The notes: generated by a model not told the origin, from the letters alone. A DNA stretch of 64,000 bases from Hyphomicrobiales bacterium (GCA_025359215.1 JANYHE010000066.1:8539-72538); one strand, 5' to 3'; shown: positions 9,698-21,487, counted from the first letter of the stretch. A program made the numbers and translations.

Positions 9698-10537
9698 ATG
9701 CATGAGAAAGAGCGTCATAACGCCATCCTCAGCGCGGTTCGGGAGAAGCCAGTCGTCACGGTCAAAGAGATCGTAGACTTAACTGGCGCATCCGAAGCCA
9801 CGATACGGCGAGATATTGCGGACCTTGAGCACCGCAAACTTTTAAAGCGCGTTCATGGTGGCGCTGAAGCGTTGAACCCTCCACAAGTGAGCGGTTTGAT
9901 TGGCAGACCTTTCAATGTAAATGCCACTCTGAACACCAACAAGAAGCGCGCCATTGCCAAACTTGCAGTTGAAATGTGCGTGGATGGCGAGCCGATCATC
10001 ATCAATGGTGGCACCACGACTTTTCAAATGGTGCATTTTCTCGGCGCCAAGCGGCTTCCGGTTTTCACAAATTCATTTCCTATTGCTGAGCATTTATTGA
10101 AGCATTCCAAGAACACCGTCACCCTTCCCGGGGGCACGATTTACCGCGAACAAAACATCGTACTTTCGCCTTTTGAAAATGATGTGAGCCGCAATTTTTA
10201 TGCGCGCCGCATGTTTATGGGTGCGCAAGGACTGGGGCCTATGGGTTTGATGGAGTCTGATCCACTGCTCATTCAAGCTGAACACAAGTTGATTGATCAG
10301 GCCGAAGAACTCGTCGTGTTGGTTGACTCGTCAAAGTTTGACCAACGTTCCAGCCTTATTCTGTGTGGCCTGAAGCGCATCGCTACAGTGATCACCGATG
10401 ATGGTGTTGGTGAAACTGAAATTAAAATGCTCGAAGATGCAGGAGTTGCAGTCAAAATAGCCACCCTGCCCGCTTCGAGAAAAGAAGAATCTTCGCTGAA
10501 GACAGAGGATCAAACCTCGTCAAACGCGCTGATATAA
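9698..10537 (+). CDS. rhaR: DeoR/GlpR family regulator of the rhamnose cluster
   Basis: HTH ASEATIRRD, RVHGGA; DeoR-C IINGGTTT, LVDSSKF. Confidence 0.9.
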   Translation: MHEKERHNAILSAVREKPVVTVKEIVDLTGASEATIRRDIADLEHRKLLKRVHGGAEALNPPQVSGLIGRPFNVNATLNTNKKRAIAKLAVEMCVDGEPIIINGGTTTFQMVHFLGAKRLPVFTNSFPIAEHLLKHSKNTVTLPGGTIYREQNIVLSPFENDVSRNFYARRMFMGAQGLGPMGLMESDPLLIQAEHKLIDQAEELVVLVDSSKFDQRSSLILCGLKRIATVITDDGVGETEIKMLEDAGVAVKIATLPASRKEESSLKTEDQTSSNALI

Positions 10538-10562
10538 TGAACTGAAAACAACGGAGGATCCT

Positions 10563-11558
10563 ATGAAACTTTCTAGAAGACTTATGATGGCTGCAGCGCT
10601 TTCAACCGCTCTGTTTGCCGGAAATGCTTATGCCGCCAATGTGAAAATTGCTTTGGTGGTTAAATCTCTCGGCAACGGCTTTTTTGATGCTGCCGCTAAG
10701 GGAGCCGAAAAGGCTGCAAAAGAATTGGGCGATGTGGATGTGATCTACACAGGCCCAACTAAAGCGACTGCTGAAGCACAAATTGAAGTGATCAATACTT
10801 TGATTGCACAAAAAGTGGATGCAATTGCTATTTCAGCAAATGATGGCGATGCACTTGTTCCGGTTTTGAAAAAAGCCATGGAACGCGGTATTACTGTTAT
10901 CTCTTGGGATTCAGGTGTGGCTGCCGCTGGCCGCCAAATGCATCTTAACCCATCCGACACTGGCTTGATTGGTGAAACCATTATTAAGCTTGCTGCTGAT
11001 TATCTGCCAGATGGTGGCGAAGTGGCCATTCTCTCTGCTGCATCAACTGCAACAAACCAAAATGCTTGGATTGAAGCAGCCAAGAAGATTCTTCCAGAAA
11101 AATTCCCGAAGATCAAATTGGTTGCCACAGTTTATGGCGATGATGACTCAGCAAAAAGCACTGACGAAGCAAAAGGCTTGCTCAAGACCTATCCTAACTT
11201 GAAGGCCATCATTGCTCCAACAACAGTTGGTGTTGTGGCTGCTGCTCAAGTGGTGACGGATGCTGGACTGATTGGCAAAGTGAACGTAACTGGTTTGGCT
11301 CTGCCGTCTGAATTCAAGAAGTTCATCGACAATGGCTCATCGCAGGCTGTTGCTTTGTGGAACCCGATTGATCTTGGATATTCTGCCATTTACCTCGCAC
11401 ACGATATTGCCGTGAAGAAAATGGAAGCCAAGCCAGGTGCAAAACTTTCCATTGGTTCAGTTGGCGAAGTGACTTTGGATGACACGAACTCAGCCGCTAT
11501 GGCTCCTCCATTCACCTTCGACAAGAAGAACATCGAAGAATTCTCTAAGATCTATTGA
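10563..11558 (+). CDS. rhaS: rhamnose ABC transporter substrate-binding protein
   Basis: Signal peptide, then VVKSLGNGFFDAA, ISANDGDAL, SWDSGVA, LWNPIDLGY. Confidence 0.9.
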   Translation: MKLSRRLMMAAALSTALFAGNAYAANVKIALVVKSLGNGFFDAAAKGAEKAAKELGDVDVIYTGPTKATAEAQIEVINTLIAQKVDAIAISANDGDALVPVLKKAMERGITVISWDSGVAAAGRQMHLNPSDTGLIGETIIKLAADYLPDGGEVAILSAASTATNQNAWIEAAKKILPEKFPKIKLVATVYGDDDSAKSTDEAKGLLKTYPNLKAIIAPTTVGVVAAAQVVTDAGLIGKVNVTGLALPSEFKKFIDNGSSQAVALWNPIDLGYSAIYLAHDIAVKKMEAKPGAKLSIGSVGEVTLDDTNSAAMAPPFTFDKKNIEEFSKIY

Positions 11559-11570
11559 TCTTGTGAGGTT

Positions 11571-11603
11571 TGCGGCGGAGCATTGTCTCCGCCGCATTTT
11601 TTA
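11571..11603 (+). terminator. intrinsic terminator/stabilising hairpin after rhaS
   Basis: TGCGGCGGAG-cattgt-CTCCGCCGCA followed by T7. Confidence 0.75.
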
Positions 11604-11624
11604 TAATCCAACACAGCGTTTCGC

Positions 11625-13163
11625 GTGGGTGAAATGAACAAACCTGTCCAACCGTCATCCGCAGTCACTACCGAACACTGCTTCACATTAAGCGGCATCA
11701 GCAAATCATTCCCCGGCGTGAAGGCTTTGAGCGATGTGAGCTTGGCGCTTTACCCTGGCCAAGTGACAGCATTGATCGGTGAAAATGGGGCTGGCAAATC
11801 CACACTCGTAAAAATACTCACCGGAATTTATCAACCCGATGCTGGCGAAATCAGCGTGAATGGCACGCCCGTAGTTTTATCTACAGCGCAAGAAGCTTTC
11901 AAACTCGGTATTGCTGCCATTCATCAAGAAACTGTGTTGTTTGATGATTTAACAGTTGGCGAAAATATTTATCTTGGCCATGCACCGCGTAACAAGGTGG
12001 GGCTGCTTGATTTAAAAGCTATGCATGGGGCAGCGCGTGTCGTTCTGGATAAAATGCACGCCAGCCACATTGATACTTATGCGCGATTGCGTGATCTCGG
12101 CATTGCCAACAAGCATTTGGTGGCTGTGGCGCGCGCCATGTCAATTGATTCAAAAATTGTGGTGATGGATGAACCCACAGCGGCCCTTTCCGCCAAAGAA
12201 ATTGGCGAGCTTTATGAGCTGATTGAATTTTTGAAATCAGAAGGCAAAGCCATTCTTTTCATCAGCCATAAATTTGATGAAATCTACCGTATTGCCGATC
12301 GCTACACAGTGTTTCGTGATGGGGCTTTGGTGGGTGCGGGCTTGTTGCGGGACACCACGCAGAACGAAATTATCAAACTGATGGTGGGTCGGCCCGTCGA
12401 CCATATTTTTCCAAGCCGCAAAGCCAATATTGGGATGAGTGTTTTAAGCGTTTCAGAGCTTTCTCACCCGACAGAGTTTGAAGACATTTCATTTGAATTG
12501 CACAAAGGCGAAATTCTTGGTTTTTATGGCTTGGTGGGTGCGGGGCGCAGTGAAGTGATGCACGCGCTGTTTGGCATTACCAAAACAAGTGGCGGAAAAA
12601 TATCATTGGAGGGTGTGCCGTTAAAAATCACATCTCCTGCAGAAGCGATCAATGCTGGTATTGTTTACGTGCCAGAAGAACGCGGCCGCCAAGGTGTTGT
12701 GATTGGACTTCCTATATTTATGAATGTGTCATTGCCATCACTCGATCGCACATCAAAATCAAACGTATTGCGATTGAAGGAAGAGTTCGATTTGGCCCGC
12801 ACTTACACCGAGCGCTTAGACTTACGGGCTTCGTCCCTTAGCCAAGACGTGGGCACGCTTTCGGGTGGCAACCAACAGAAAATTGTTATTGCGAAATGGC
12901 TGGCCACGTCACCCAAAGTGATCATCTTGGATGAACCCACCAAGGGCATCGACATTGGTTCCAAAGCTGCTGTTCATGAATTCATGGCAGAGCTGGTGGC
13001 TGAAGGACTATCGGTGATCATGGTATCATCGGAACTGCCGGAAGTTTTGGGCATGGCCGACCGCATTGTGGTGATGCGCTCTGGCAAGATTGAAGAGATA
13101 TTCGAAAACAAAAATCTATCGCCCGAAACTTTGGTGAAAGCCGCAGCAGGAATTCTGCAATGA
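11625..13163 (+). CDS. rhaT: sugar ABC transporter ATP-binding protein (two NBDs)
   Basis: GENGAGKST, DEPTAAL, LSGGNQQK, DEPTKGIDIG. Confidence 0.92.
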   Translation: MGEMNKPVQPSSAVTTEHCFTLSGISKSFPGVKALSDVSLALYPGQVTALIGENGAGKSTLVKILTGIYQPDAGEISVNGTPVVLSTAQEAFKLGIAAIHQETVLFDDLTVGENIYLGHAPRNKVGLLDLKAMHGAARVVLDKMHASHIDTYARLRDLGIANKHLVAVARAMSIDSKIVVMDEPTAALSAKEIGELYELIEFLKSEGKAILFISHKFDEIYRIADRYTVFRDGALVGAGLLRDTTQNEIIKLMVGRPVDHIFPSRKANIGMSVLSVSELSHPTEFEDISFELHKGEILGFYGLVGAGRSEVMHALFGITKTSGGKISLEGVPLKITSPAEAINAGIVYVPEERGRQGVVIGLPIFMNVSLPSLDRTSKSNVLRLKEEFDLARTYTERLDLRASSLSQDVGTLSGGNQQKIVIAKWLATSPKVIILDEPTKGIDIGSKAAVHEFMAELVAEGLSVIMVSSELPEVLGMADRIVVMRSGKIEEIFENKNLSPETLVKAAAGILQ

Positions 13164-14137
13164 AAGATATTTTCAAAATCCGCGAAGTGTGGCTGGCCAT
13201 CGTTATCGCTGCGATGATTGGTGCAATCACGCTGCGTTCGCCAAGCTTTGCATCGCCTATCAATTTGGGCCAGATTTTCAACGACACTTCAATTTTGATC
13301 ATTTTGGCGCTTGGCCAAATGTCGGTTATTCTCACACGCTCGATTGACCTATCCATGGCTGCAAACCTTTGCTTCACTGGCATGGTGGTTGCTATGTTGA
13401 ATGCCAGCCACCCCGGCATTCCAATTTTTGTGTTGATTATTGTTGCAATGTTTGTGGGGTTAATTCTCGGTGCCATCAATGGTGCACTCGTTTGGAAAGT
13501 GGGCATTCCGCCCATTGTTGTGACACTTGGCACGTTGACGATTTATCGCGGCTCTACCTTCGTCATATCTGGTGGCAAGTGGGTAAATGCCGATAAGATG
13601 AGCCCGGAGTTTATCAATTTCCAACGTGTAGATATTTTTGGAATTCCAGTGCTCTCGCTTACCGCCATTCTGGTGGTAATTGTGTTCCAAGTGTTTCTCA
13701 CCCGCACGCCCTTGGGGCGTTCTATATTTGCCATCGGTGTAAATCCCACGGCTGCTGTCTATACGGGGATCAATGGCGGTCGCACAAAGTTTGTGGCCTT
13801 CTGCATGTCGGGATTGCTGGCAGGGCTTGCGGGGTATTTATGGATTTCGCGTTATGTGATCGCATCGGTGGAAGTGGCCAATGGTTATGAACTGAACATC
13901 ATCGCTGCCTGTGTGATTGGTGGCATATCCATTGCGGGTGGCATTGGATCAGTGGGTGGTGCGGTGCTTGGCTCGTTGTTCCTGGGCATTATCTCGAATG
14001 CGCTGCCCGTGATTAACATCTCTCCGTTTTGGCAAATGGCGATTTCTGGCAGTGCAATCATTTTTGCCATCGTTTTAAATGCGCGGAGCGAACGCAAGCA
14101 AGGCCGCATCATTTTGAAAAAGGCTGAAACAGCATGA
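13160..14137 (+). CDS. rhaP: sugar ABC transporter permease
   Basis: IDLS, PPIVVTLGT, YELNIIAACVIGG; 4-bp overlap with rhaT. Confidence 0.88.
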   Translation: MKDIFKIREVWLAIVIAAMIGAITLRSPSFASPINLGQIFNDTSILIILALGQMSVILTRSIDLSMAANLCFTGMVVAMLNASHPGIPIFVLIIVAMFVGLILGAINGALVWKVGIPPIVVTLGTLTIYRGSTFVISGGKWVNADKMSPEFINFQRVDIFGIPVLSLTAILVVIVFQVFLTRTPLGRSIFAIGVNPTAAVYTGINGGRTKFVAFCMSGLLAGLAGYLWISRYVIASVEVANGYELNIIAACVIGGISIAGGIGSVGGAVLGSLFLGIISNALPVINISPFWQMAISGSAIIFAIVLNARSERKQGRIILKKAETA

Positions 14138-15135
14138 GCGCAGCGCCCACCGTTCGCCATATTCCTGATCGCTTAGATAAAGCCCTCACATCCATTTTGC
14201 TGTCATGGGAAAGCCTTTTGGTTTTGGTGGCGGTTGCCATTTTTATCGCCAACAGTTTGGCATCACCCTATTTTCTGGATGCCTATGCGCTTTCCGATCT
14301 CACGTTTAATTTCGCGGAAAAGGCGTTGATAGCACTGGCCATGGCGCTGCTGATTATTTCTGGCGAGATTGATTTGTCGGTTGCTGCCACCATGGCACTG
14401 ACCTCAACATTGATGGGCTTTGCTGCGCAATTTGGCGTGGGCACTTTTGGTTTGGTGATCATCGGTATTGCCGTGGGCTTAGCCTGCGGTGTGTTCAACG
14501 GCTTCCTGGTTACAGGTTTGGGTCTGCCCTCCATCGTGGTGACCATTGGCACCATGAGCCTGTTTCGCGGTGTGTCTTTCATTATCTTGGGCGACCAAGC
14601 CTATAAAGGCTATCCGGAAAGTTTTGCGTTTTTTGGCCAAGGCTATGTGTGGGGGGTGATTTCGTTTGAGTTTGCACTCTTTCTTGTCGCCGCAGTCATC
14701 TACTGGTTTCTGCTTCATCGCACTAATTTTGGACGACGCATTTTTGCCATCGGCAACAATCAAGTCACCGCACAGTTCTCTGGGGTACGCGTGAAACGCA
14801 TCAAATTTATTTTGTTTTGTTTGACAGGTTTAATGGCAGGCATTGCATCGATATTGCTCACTTCGCGCCTTGGTTCCACACGCCCTTCCATTGCGCAAGG
14901 TTATGAGCTCGAAGCCATCACCATGGTGGTGCTGGGTGGGGTTAGCATTCTGGGCGGTGCTGGCAGCATTATTGGTGTGGTGTTGGCGGCATTCATTATG
15001 GGGTTGGTGACGTTTGGGTTGGGCCTGCTCAATGTGCCGGGCATTGTAATGTCAATTTTTATTGGCCTGCTTCTGATCATCATCATTGCCCTTCCTATTT
15101 TATGGCGTCGATTTGGATGGTTGATCAAAGCATGA
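14134..15135 (+). CDS. rhaQ: sugar ABC transporter permease
   Basis: [29 protein letters not shown]. Confidence 0.88.
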   Translation: MSAAPTVRHIPDRLDKALTSILLSWESLLVLVAVAIFIANSLASPYFLDAYALSDLTFNFAEKALIALAMALLIISGEIDLSVAATMALTSTLMGFAAQFGVGTFGLVIIGIAVGLACGVFNGFLVTGLGLPSIVVTIGTMSLFRGVSFIILGDQAYKGYPESFAFFGQGYVWGVISFEFALFLVAAVIYWFLLHRTNFGRRIFAIGNNQVTAQFSGVRVKRIKFILFCLTGLMAGIASILLTSRLGSTRPSIAQGYELEAITMVVLGGVSILGGAGSIIGVVLAAFIMGLVTFGLGLLNVPGIVMSIFIGLLLIIIIALPILWRRFGWLIKA

Positions 15136-15452
15136 CCCAAGAAAAATATGCCTTCAAAATGAAACTCAACCCCGGCATGAAAGCCGAATACATCAAACGC
15201 CATGATGAGATTTGGCGAGAATTGGTTGTTCTGTTGAAGGAAGCTGGTGTTTCGGACTATTCTATTCATCTTGATGAAGAGACCAATATTTTGTTTGGTG
15301 TTTTGTGGCGCATTAAAGATCATAAAATGGATGCGTCGCCTCATCATGACGTGATGAAAAAATGGTGGACACATATGGCTGATATTATGGAATGCAAGCC
15401 TAACAACGAGCCTGTTTCAGAACCCCTCGAAACTGTTTTCCATATGATGTAA
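15132..15452 (+). CDS. rhaU: L-rhamnose mutarotase
   Basis: FKMKLNPG...[27 protein letters not shown]. Start taken at ATG 15132, which overlaps the rhaQ stop. Confidence 0.92.
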   Translation: MTQEKYAFKMKLNPGMKAEYIKRHDEIWRELVVLLKEAGVSDYSIHLDEETNILFGVLWRIKDHKMDASPHHDVMKKWWTHMADIMECKPNNEPVSEPLETVFHMM

Positions 15453-15455
15453 CCG

Positions 15456-16826
15456 ATGAAACATGTTGCTGTCATCGATATTGGGAAAACCAATGCCAAA
15501 CTCGCTATTGTTGATCTTACAACTTTAACCGAAGTTGCCATTCGCAAAACTCCAAACGTGGTTTTGAAATTGGGGCTGTATCCCCATGCCGATGTCGATG
15601 GCCTGTGGAATTTCATTCTTGAAAGTTTGAGAGACCTTAATCGCGCCTTCAAGGTTGATGCTGTTGTTGTAACCACCCACGGGGCCACTGCAGCTTTGGT
15701 GGATGATCACGGGGATTTGGTATTGCCAATATTGGACTATGAGTTTCATGGGCCCGACGAAATTGCCGAAGGTTACAATTCAATTCGCCCTGATTTTTCA
15801 GAAACGGGATCGCCGCGCTTGCCGATAGGCCTGAATTTGGGAGCGCAAATCTATTGGCAACAGCAAAAATTTCCGGATGCCTTTAGTTTGGCCACTCGAT
15901 TGCTGCTCTATCCACAATACTGGAGCTGCCGCCTCACCGGTGTTGCAACATCTGAAGTCACTTCACTGGGTTGCCACACGGATTTATGGGCACCGCAAGC
16001 CGCCACATATTCTTCATTGGTTGAGACTTGCAACTGGACTTCACTGATGCCACCAATGCGCCAAGCATCTGACGTGCTGGGGCCATTGCTGCCAGAAATC
16101 GCCAAACTCACTGGGCTTGATCCAAATACGCCGGTCTATTGCGGCATTCATGATTCAAACGCGTCGCTGGTGCCGCATCTTTTACAACACAAAGCGCCGT
16201 GTTCGGTTGTCTCAACCGGAACATGGGTGATCGCTATGGCGTTGGGAACCGCAGTGCCGACTTTAGACCCACGCCGCGATACTCTTCTGAATGTGAGTGC
16301 ATACGGCCACCCTATCCCTTCGGCACGATTTATGGGTGGGCGGGAATATCAGATTTTAATGGAAGGGCGCACTAGAGAGGCACGAGACGAAGATGTTCTA
16401 GACGTTCTCAAATCTGGCTCCATGCTTCTGCCATCTGTCGTTGGAGGAAGTGGACCCTTCCCTGATCAAAAATTCCGATGGATAAATGCTGATAAATTTA
16501 CACCAGAAAAGTGCCATGTTGCAGTGTCCTTCTATCTCGCAATGATGATGGCCACTTGTCTGGGACTAATTGGTGCAGAAGGTGACATCATTATCGAAGG
16601 GCCGCTTGCGTCAAATATGGTTTTGCTCGACATGCTCTCAGCGGCAACCCATAGAAATGTGCTCGTTGGCTCAAGCGCGTCGACAGGTACCACGACTGGG
16701 GCCGCTTTGCTTGTGGCGGCGAAGTCACCTCAACCGCTAGGTTTACATCACACCAATCTCGAGCTTGTTCATCTCCTTACGTCATATAGCGAGGTTTGGC
16801 GCAAAATGGTGAATTACGACACGTGA
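15456..16826 (+). CDS. rhaK: FGGY-family carbohydrate kinase (rhamnulokinase)
   Basis: IDIGKTNAK, TTHGAT, SLGCHTDLW, GIHDSNAS, STGTW. Confidence 0.88.
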   Translation: MKHVAVIDIGKTNAKLAIVDLTTLTEVAIRKTPNVVLKLGLYPHADVDGLWNFILESLRDLNRAFKVDAVVVTTHGATAALVDDHGDLVLPILDYEFHGPDEIAEGYNSIRPDFSETGSPRLPIGLNLGAQIYWQQQKFPDAFSLATRLLLYPQYWSCRLTGVATSEVTSLGCHTDLWAPQAATYSSLVETCNWTSLMPPMRQASDVLGPLLPEIAKLTGLDPNTPVYCGIHDSNASLVPHLLQHKAPCSVVSTGTWVIAMALGTAVPTLDPRRDTLLNVSAYGHPIPSARFMGGREYQILMEGRTREARDEDVLDVLKSGSMLLPSVVGGSGPFPDQKFRWINADKFTPEKCHVAVSFYLAMMMATCLGLIGAEGDIIIEGPLASNMVLLDMLSAATHRNVLVGSSASTGTTTGAALLVAAKSPQPLGLHHTNLELVHLLTSYSEVWRKMVNYDT

Positions 16827-16858
16827 GTGGCGAAAGGCTTTTTCTTGAAATCATTCAT

Positions 16859-17566
16859 TCATTCATTCATCGAAAGCTTGTGCACCAGTGGCACCGTTTC
16901 AGTCACATTCTTCACTTCAAAGAACCGCTCGTGCTGATGAGGCGTTTCTTCGTGCTCATAATCCCATATCAATTCATGTGGAACATGAATGCCAAATCCC
17001 CCCGCTTGCAACATGGGGATGACATCTGACTTCAAACTATTACCGGCCATCAGCCCACGCTCAGGAGTTGAGCCATGCTTCTTGAAAATCGAAATGTAGG
17101 TTTCAGGGGTTTTATCGGCTACAATTTCAACGCTGTGAAACAAATGACTCAAAGTCGAGCTCGCAACTTTTCGCTGCTGATCAACGAGGTCTCCTTTGGT
17201 GATGAGTAGAATTTTATAGTCTTTGTGGAGAAGTTCCAGCGTTTCGCGGGCCCCAGGCAAAAGCTCAACAGGATGATTAAGCATCTCACGGCCTTGATCG
17301 AGAAGTTTTGCGATTGTCCTTCCTTCAACTTTTCCATCAGTTAGTTCGATGGCTGTTTCAATCATCGACAATGTGAAGCCTTTAATACCAAAACCATAGA
17401 ATTTTAAGTTCTTGCGTTCAGCTGCTTGCAAGCGCGCATGAATGTGATCGTGTCCTGCATAGTTTCCTAATAATTCCACGAACATTTTTTGCGTGAATTT
17501 GAAATGCCGCTCATTGTGCCAGAGTGTGTCATCGGCATCAAAAGCAATGAAGTCGAGCTTGCTCAA
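16859..17566 (-). CDS. HAD-superfamily hydrolase
   Basis: [24 protein letters not shown]. Confidence 0.85.
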   Translation of the reverse strand: MSKLDFIAFDADDTLWHNERHFKFTQKMFVELLGNYAGHDHIHARLQAAERKNLKFYGFGIKGFTLSMIETAIELTDGKVEGRTIAKLLDQGREMLNHPVELLPGARETLELLHKDYKILLITKGDLVDQQRKVASSTLSHLFHSVEIVADKTPETYISIFKKHGSTPERGLMAGNSLKSDVIPMLQAGGFGIHVPHELIWDYEHEETPHQHERFFEVKNVTETVPLVHKLSMNE

Positions 17567-18504
17567 CGCTTCGCCTCAATGGCATCGATAATAAGAGCAG
17601 CAATATCGGCTCCACCAAAGCGCTTCACTTGGCGAATTCCGGTTGGCGACGTGACATTGATTTCGGTCATAAAATCGCCAATCACATCGATGCCTGTGAA
17701 AATGAGTCCGCGCTTCTTCAAATCTGGGCCTATGGCTTCACAAATTTCATATTCACGCTTTGTCATGGTGGTTGGTGCCGCAACGCCGCCCACATGCATG
17801 TTCGAGCGATTGTCATGTTCGGCTGGAATGCGATTAATTGCACCGGCCACTTTGCCATCGACCAAAATAATACGCTTATCACCTTTGCGAACGTCTGGTA
17901 AATATTGTTGGGCAATAAAAGGCTCGGTGCCATAAAGCTGTGCGAACATTTCTAAAACTGACGAGAAGTTTTGATCGGCTTTATTGGTTCGAAAAACACC
18001 CGCTCCACCATTGCCATAAAGAGGTTTTAAAATCACATCATTGTGATGCTGGCGGAATTTCTCCAATTCCTTGACATCCCGCGTGATCAGCGTGGGCGGC
18101 ATAAGGTTTGGAAATTTCAGAATGAATAGCTTCTCAGGCGCATTGCGCACTTCAGTTGGGTCATTCACCACTAGTGTTTTTGGATGGATCATATCAAGCA
18201 AATGTGTGGCCGTGATATAGCCCATATCAAAGGGCGGGTCTTGGCGCATGAGGATTGAGTCTTGCGTTGAAAGATCAATGCGCTTGCGAGGGCCGAGCTC
18301 AAAATGGGCCCCCTTCACATCTTGCACCTTCACATCATGGCCTTCGGCTGACAAAGTACTATTTTCAAAGGCCAGTGATTTCACATGATAGATGAAAAGC
18401 GAATGGCCACGACCCTGTGCCGCCAACATCATGGCAAATGTGGAATCGCCGGATATATCAAAAAGCTCAATCGGGTCTGATTGCACTGCAATTTTAAGGC
18501 TCAT
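17563..18504 (-). CDS. gshB: glutathione synthetase
   Basis: [43 protein letters not shown]. Confidence 0.96.
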   Translation of the reverse strand: MSLKIAVQSDPIELFDISGDSTFAMMLAAQGRGHSLFIYHVKSLAFENSTLSAEGHDVKVQDVKGAHFELGPRKRIDLSTQDSILMRQDPPFDMGYITATHLLDMIHPKTLVVNDPTEVRNAPEKLFILKFPNLMPPTLITRDVKELEKFRQHHNDVILKPLYGNGGAGVFRTNKADQNFSSVLEMFAQLYGTEPFIAQQYLPDVRKGDKRIILVDGKVAGAINRIPAEHDNRSNMHVGGVAAPTTMTKREYEICEAIGPDLKKRGLIFTGIDVIGDFMTEINVTSPTGIRQVKRFGGADIAALIIDAIEAKR

Positions 18505-18507
18505 GGT

Positions 18508-18867
18508 TCAGCGATCTCCCGAAAAGGCATTTTCAATATGTTTAGGCCAGAGATAAACATTCACCGCAACAATATCAAATCTGCAATAACTCTGCGCGGC
18601 CGCTGCATCTTTGGCCATCCACAAAGCAGCGGCAGCAGCGATGCGTTTCGATTGATAAACGGTAACGGCGGTTATGGCTTCGTCGTGGGTTTTGCGGGCT
18701 TTGACTTCAACAAAAGCCGTGGTTTTGCCGCGCCTCACAATCAAATCAATTTCACCATGGTGCGATTTGAAGCGACGCGCGAGAAGGCGGTAACCTTTTA
18801 GACGCAAAGCCATAAGAGCTGCCGTTTCAGCCCAGTGCCCACGCTTTTCCGCCTGTTGGCGTTTCAC
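18508..18867 (-). CDS. yraN: YraN family PD-(D/E)XK protein
   Basis: RGHWAE, GEIDLI, FVEVKAR, RFDIV. Confidence 0.9.
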   Translation of the reverse strand: MKRQQAEKRGHWAETAALMALRLKGYRLLARRFKSHHGEIDLIVRRGKTTAFVEVKARKTHDEAITAVTVYQSKRIAAAAALWMAKDAAAAQSYCRFDIVAVNVYLWPKHIENAFSGDR

Positions 18868-19754
18868 TCGCTTTGGCCTTTAAGTTTGAGAATGCGCGCG
18901 TATATTTCATCTTTGGTCAGGCCTAAAGCTTTAGCAACCAGATTGGCAGCCTTGCTGGGTGCGTGCTCTATGAGGGCCGCGTCTATCGCATCAGATATTT
19001 CATCATTGGAAATTTCCACTCGCTCATCTTGTGGAGGCGCAATCACCAAACAGATTTCACCTTTGACAGATTCACGCGCCTGCAAAATTTCCCGCACTTC
19101 AGCGGCTGTGCCACGCAAAACCTCTTCATGAAGTTTGGTGAGTTCGCGCGCCATGGCCACAGGTCGTTCACCCAATGCTGTGGTGACATCTGCCAATGCA
19201 TCAATAATGCGGTGCGGGCTTTCAAAGGCGATCAGTGTCGATGGCACTTTCTTGAACGCGGTGAGAATATCAATTCGCGCTTTAGACTTTTGTGGTAAAA
19301 ACCCAATAAAAGTGAAGCAATCCGTTGGCAAGCCAGAGAGTGCTAATGCTGTCAGCACCGCCGAAGCACCGGGCACTCCAGTAACAACGAGGCCTTCTGC
19401 GATGCAAGATTGTACCAATCGATAGCCCGGGTCAGACACGAGGGGCACACCTGCATCACTGACAAGTGCAAATGATTTTCCCTCATGAAGTGCAGCAATA
19501 ATGGCTGGGCGCACTTTTTCAGCATTGTGTTCATGATAGGGTTTCATGGTGTTACGAATGCCATAACGCTCCAACAAGCGCGAGGTCACACGCGTGTCTT
19601 CGCACAGAATATAGTCAGCCGCTGCCAAAACATTGAGGGCGCGAATGGTTATGTCACCGAGGTTTCCAATGGGTGTTGCCACCACATGGAGGCCTGCATC
19701 AATACTCGTCGCTTCATAACGATGAGGACCGATATGATAGATGCGCTCAACCAT
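18864..19754 (-). CDS. rsmI: 16S rRNA (C1402-2'-O)-methyltransferase
   Basis: VATPIGNLGDIT, CEDTR, VSDAGVPLVSDPG, FESPHR, RELTKLHEE. Confidence 0.95.
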   Translation of the reverse strand: MVERIYHIGPHRYEATSIDAGLHVVATPIGNLGDITIRALNVLAAADYILCEDTRVTSRLLERYGIRNTMKPYHEHNAEKVRPAIIAALHEGKSFALVSDAGVPLVSDPGYRLVQSCIAEGLVVTGVPGASAVLTALALSGLPTDCFTFIGFLPQKSKARIDILTAFKKVPSTLIAFESPHRIIDALADVTTALGERPVAMARELTKLHEEVLRGTAAEVREILQARESVKGEICLVIAPPQDERVEISNDEISDAIDAALIEHAPSKAANLVAKALGLTKDEIYARILKLKGQSE

Positions 19755-20892
19755 TCAGTTCACGGATGATTGCGTTGAGTATCGGGCGGCCACGCGGCGT
19801 TGCCATCAGGCGACCTTGCGCTTGAGTGACAAAACCCAAACCTTCAAGCCCCGCAATCTTAAACCGGTCGAGCGGTGCACCTGCCAGCTCTTCATAGCGC
19901 GCCAATTCTATGCCTTCTGTGATGCGCAGCCCCATGAGCAGATATTCAGGCGCTTGCTCACTTTCTGCTAATGGCGTCTGCTCTATAAAGCCATGCCCTT
20001 GCGTGTTCACCAATTGCCGCCACGTTTCCGGATGCTTTTCCGTGCTAAGGGCCAAACGATGCTTTCCATCACTCAGGCGACTGTGAGCTCCTGGGCCCGC
20101 CCCTGCATAATCGCCGTAGCGCCAATAGGTTAAATTATGAAGGCTCTCGTGGCCAGCAGCAGCATGATTAGAAATTTCATAAGCCGCAAGGCCGTGTTTG
20201 TCAGTCAGCTCTTGGGTGATGTCATAAAGAGCTGCTGCCGTATCGTCATCGGGGATCACCAATGAACCTGCTGCTTGGAGATCAAAATACCGTGTCTCTG
20301 GTTCAATGGTCAATTGATAAAGCGACATGTGGCCTTCTTGCTCCGATAGTGCTTGAGACAATTCCTTGATCCACATTTTATAATCTTGGCGCGGCCTTGC
20401 GTAAATTAAATCAAATGACACACGCGGAAAAATTTTGGTCGCAAGGCGAAAAGCTTTCAGTGCTTCATCTGGCGTGTGCTGACGGCCCAGTGCTTTTAAA
20501 TCTTCTTCGACCAGCGACTGCACACCAACTGAAACGCGGTTAACGCCTGCCGCGCGGTATCCTCTGAAATTTTCAGCTTCAACACTTGTAGGATTGGCTT
20601 CAAGGGTTATTTCTGCGGTTTCGGAAACGGTCCACAAAGAAGCAATGCTTTGCAAAACCATATCTACAGCAGCAGGCGGCATCAATGAGGGTGTGCCGCC
20701 GCCAAAGAAAATGCTGGTGACTTGTTTGCCTTTGGATTTTAGCTGAAGCCATTTCAACTCTTGCACAATCGCACCAGCAAAGCTCATGTGATCCACAACA
20801 TCATGGCGCACATGGCTATTGAAATCACAATAGGGGCATTTGGCTTTGCAGAAGGGCCAATGAATGTAGATGCCGAAATCAGAAGAGGTCAC
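19747..20892 (-). CDS. hemW: radical SAM heme chaperone
   Basis: YIHWPFCKAKCPYCDFNS, FFGGGTPS, EANP, YEISN. Start placed at the GTG at 20892 inside the rdgB 3' end. Confidence 0.93.
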   Translation of the reverse strand: MTSSDFGIYIHWPFCKAKCPYCDFNSHVRHDVVDHMSFAGAIVQELKWLQLKSKGKQVTSIFFGGGTPSLMPPAAVDMVLQSIASLWTVSETAEITLEANPTSVEAENFRGYRAAGVNRVSVGVQSLVEEDLKALGRQHTPDEALKAFRLATKIFPRVSFDLIYARPRQDYKMWIKELSQALSEQEGHMSLYQLTIEPETRYFDLQAAGSLVIPDDDTAAALYDITQELTDKHGLAAYEISNHAAAGHESLHNLTYWRYGDYAGAGPGAHSRLSDGKHRLALSTEKHPETWRQLVNTQGHGFIEQTPLAESEQAPEYLLMGLRITEGIELARYEELAGAPLDRFKIAGLEGLGFVTQAQGRLMATPRGRPILNAIIRELNG

Positions 20893-21487
20893 TGAGCAAC
20901 TTCTCCAGCGCACGGCCACGGTGCGAAAGTGTGTTCTTTTTTTCGTGGGTCATTTCTGCAAATGTTTGCAACTGGCCATCAGGCATAAACACAGGGTCAT
21001 AGCCGTGACCAAGCGCTCCGCGTGGCGGCCACACCAAAGTGCCGGGGGCCACACCTTCGTAATAACGCTCAACGCCATCGGGCCACATCACACACAGTGT
21101 GCATTTGAATTGGCCTTTGCGCTGCTCTGGCTTGGAAGCCCCTGCGGCTTGCAGTTTTTCTTCCACCAGCCGCATTGCCAAGTTCCAATCCCGTGTGGGA
21201 CCAGCCCAGTCGGCAGTGTAAACACCGGGGTCACCGTTGAGTGCATCCACGCACAGGCCTGAATCATCTGAGATTGAAATCAACCCAGAATGGGTCATTG
21301 CCGAAAGCGCTTTGATTTTTGCATTGCCCCTAAAATTATCTTCTGTTTCTTCGGGTTCAGGCAATCCCAATCCACCAGCCGAAAATGTGGTCACACCGTG
21401 GGGCTTGAACAGCTCGGTAAACTCTTCAAGCTTGCCTTTGTTATGCGTGGCGATGATAATTTTCTGGCCAGTGAGACTACGGTTCAT
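20879..21487 (-). CDS. rdgB: non-canonical purine NTP pyrophosphatase
   Basis: ATHNKGK, DDSGL, PGVYTA, GYDPVF, SHR. Confidence 0.95.
   Translation of the reverse strand: MNRSLTGQKIIIATHNKGKLEEFTELFKPHGVTTFSAGGLGLPEPEETEDNFRGNAKIKALSAMTHSGLISISDDSGLCVDALNGDPGVYTADWAGPTRDWNLAMRLVEEKLQAAGASKPEQRKGQFKCTLCVMWPDGVERYYEGVAPGTLVWPPRGALGHGYDPVFMPDGQLQTFAEMTHEKKNTLSHRGRALEKLLSDLF

Noticed and set aside
19338-19346. GAGTGCTAA, a perfect CIRCE half-site
   Set aside because: It lies inside rsmI coding sequence and the TTAGCACTC half 9 bp upstream is absent.
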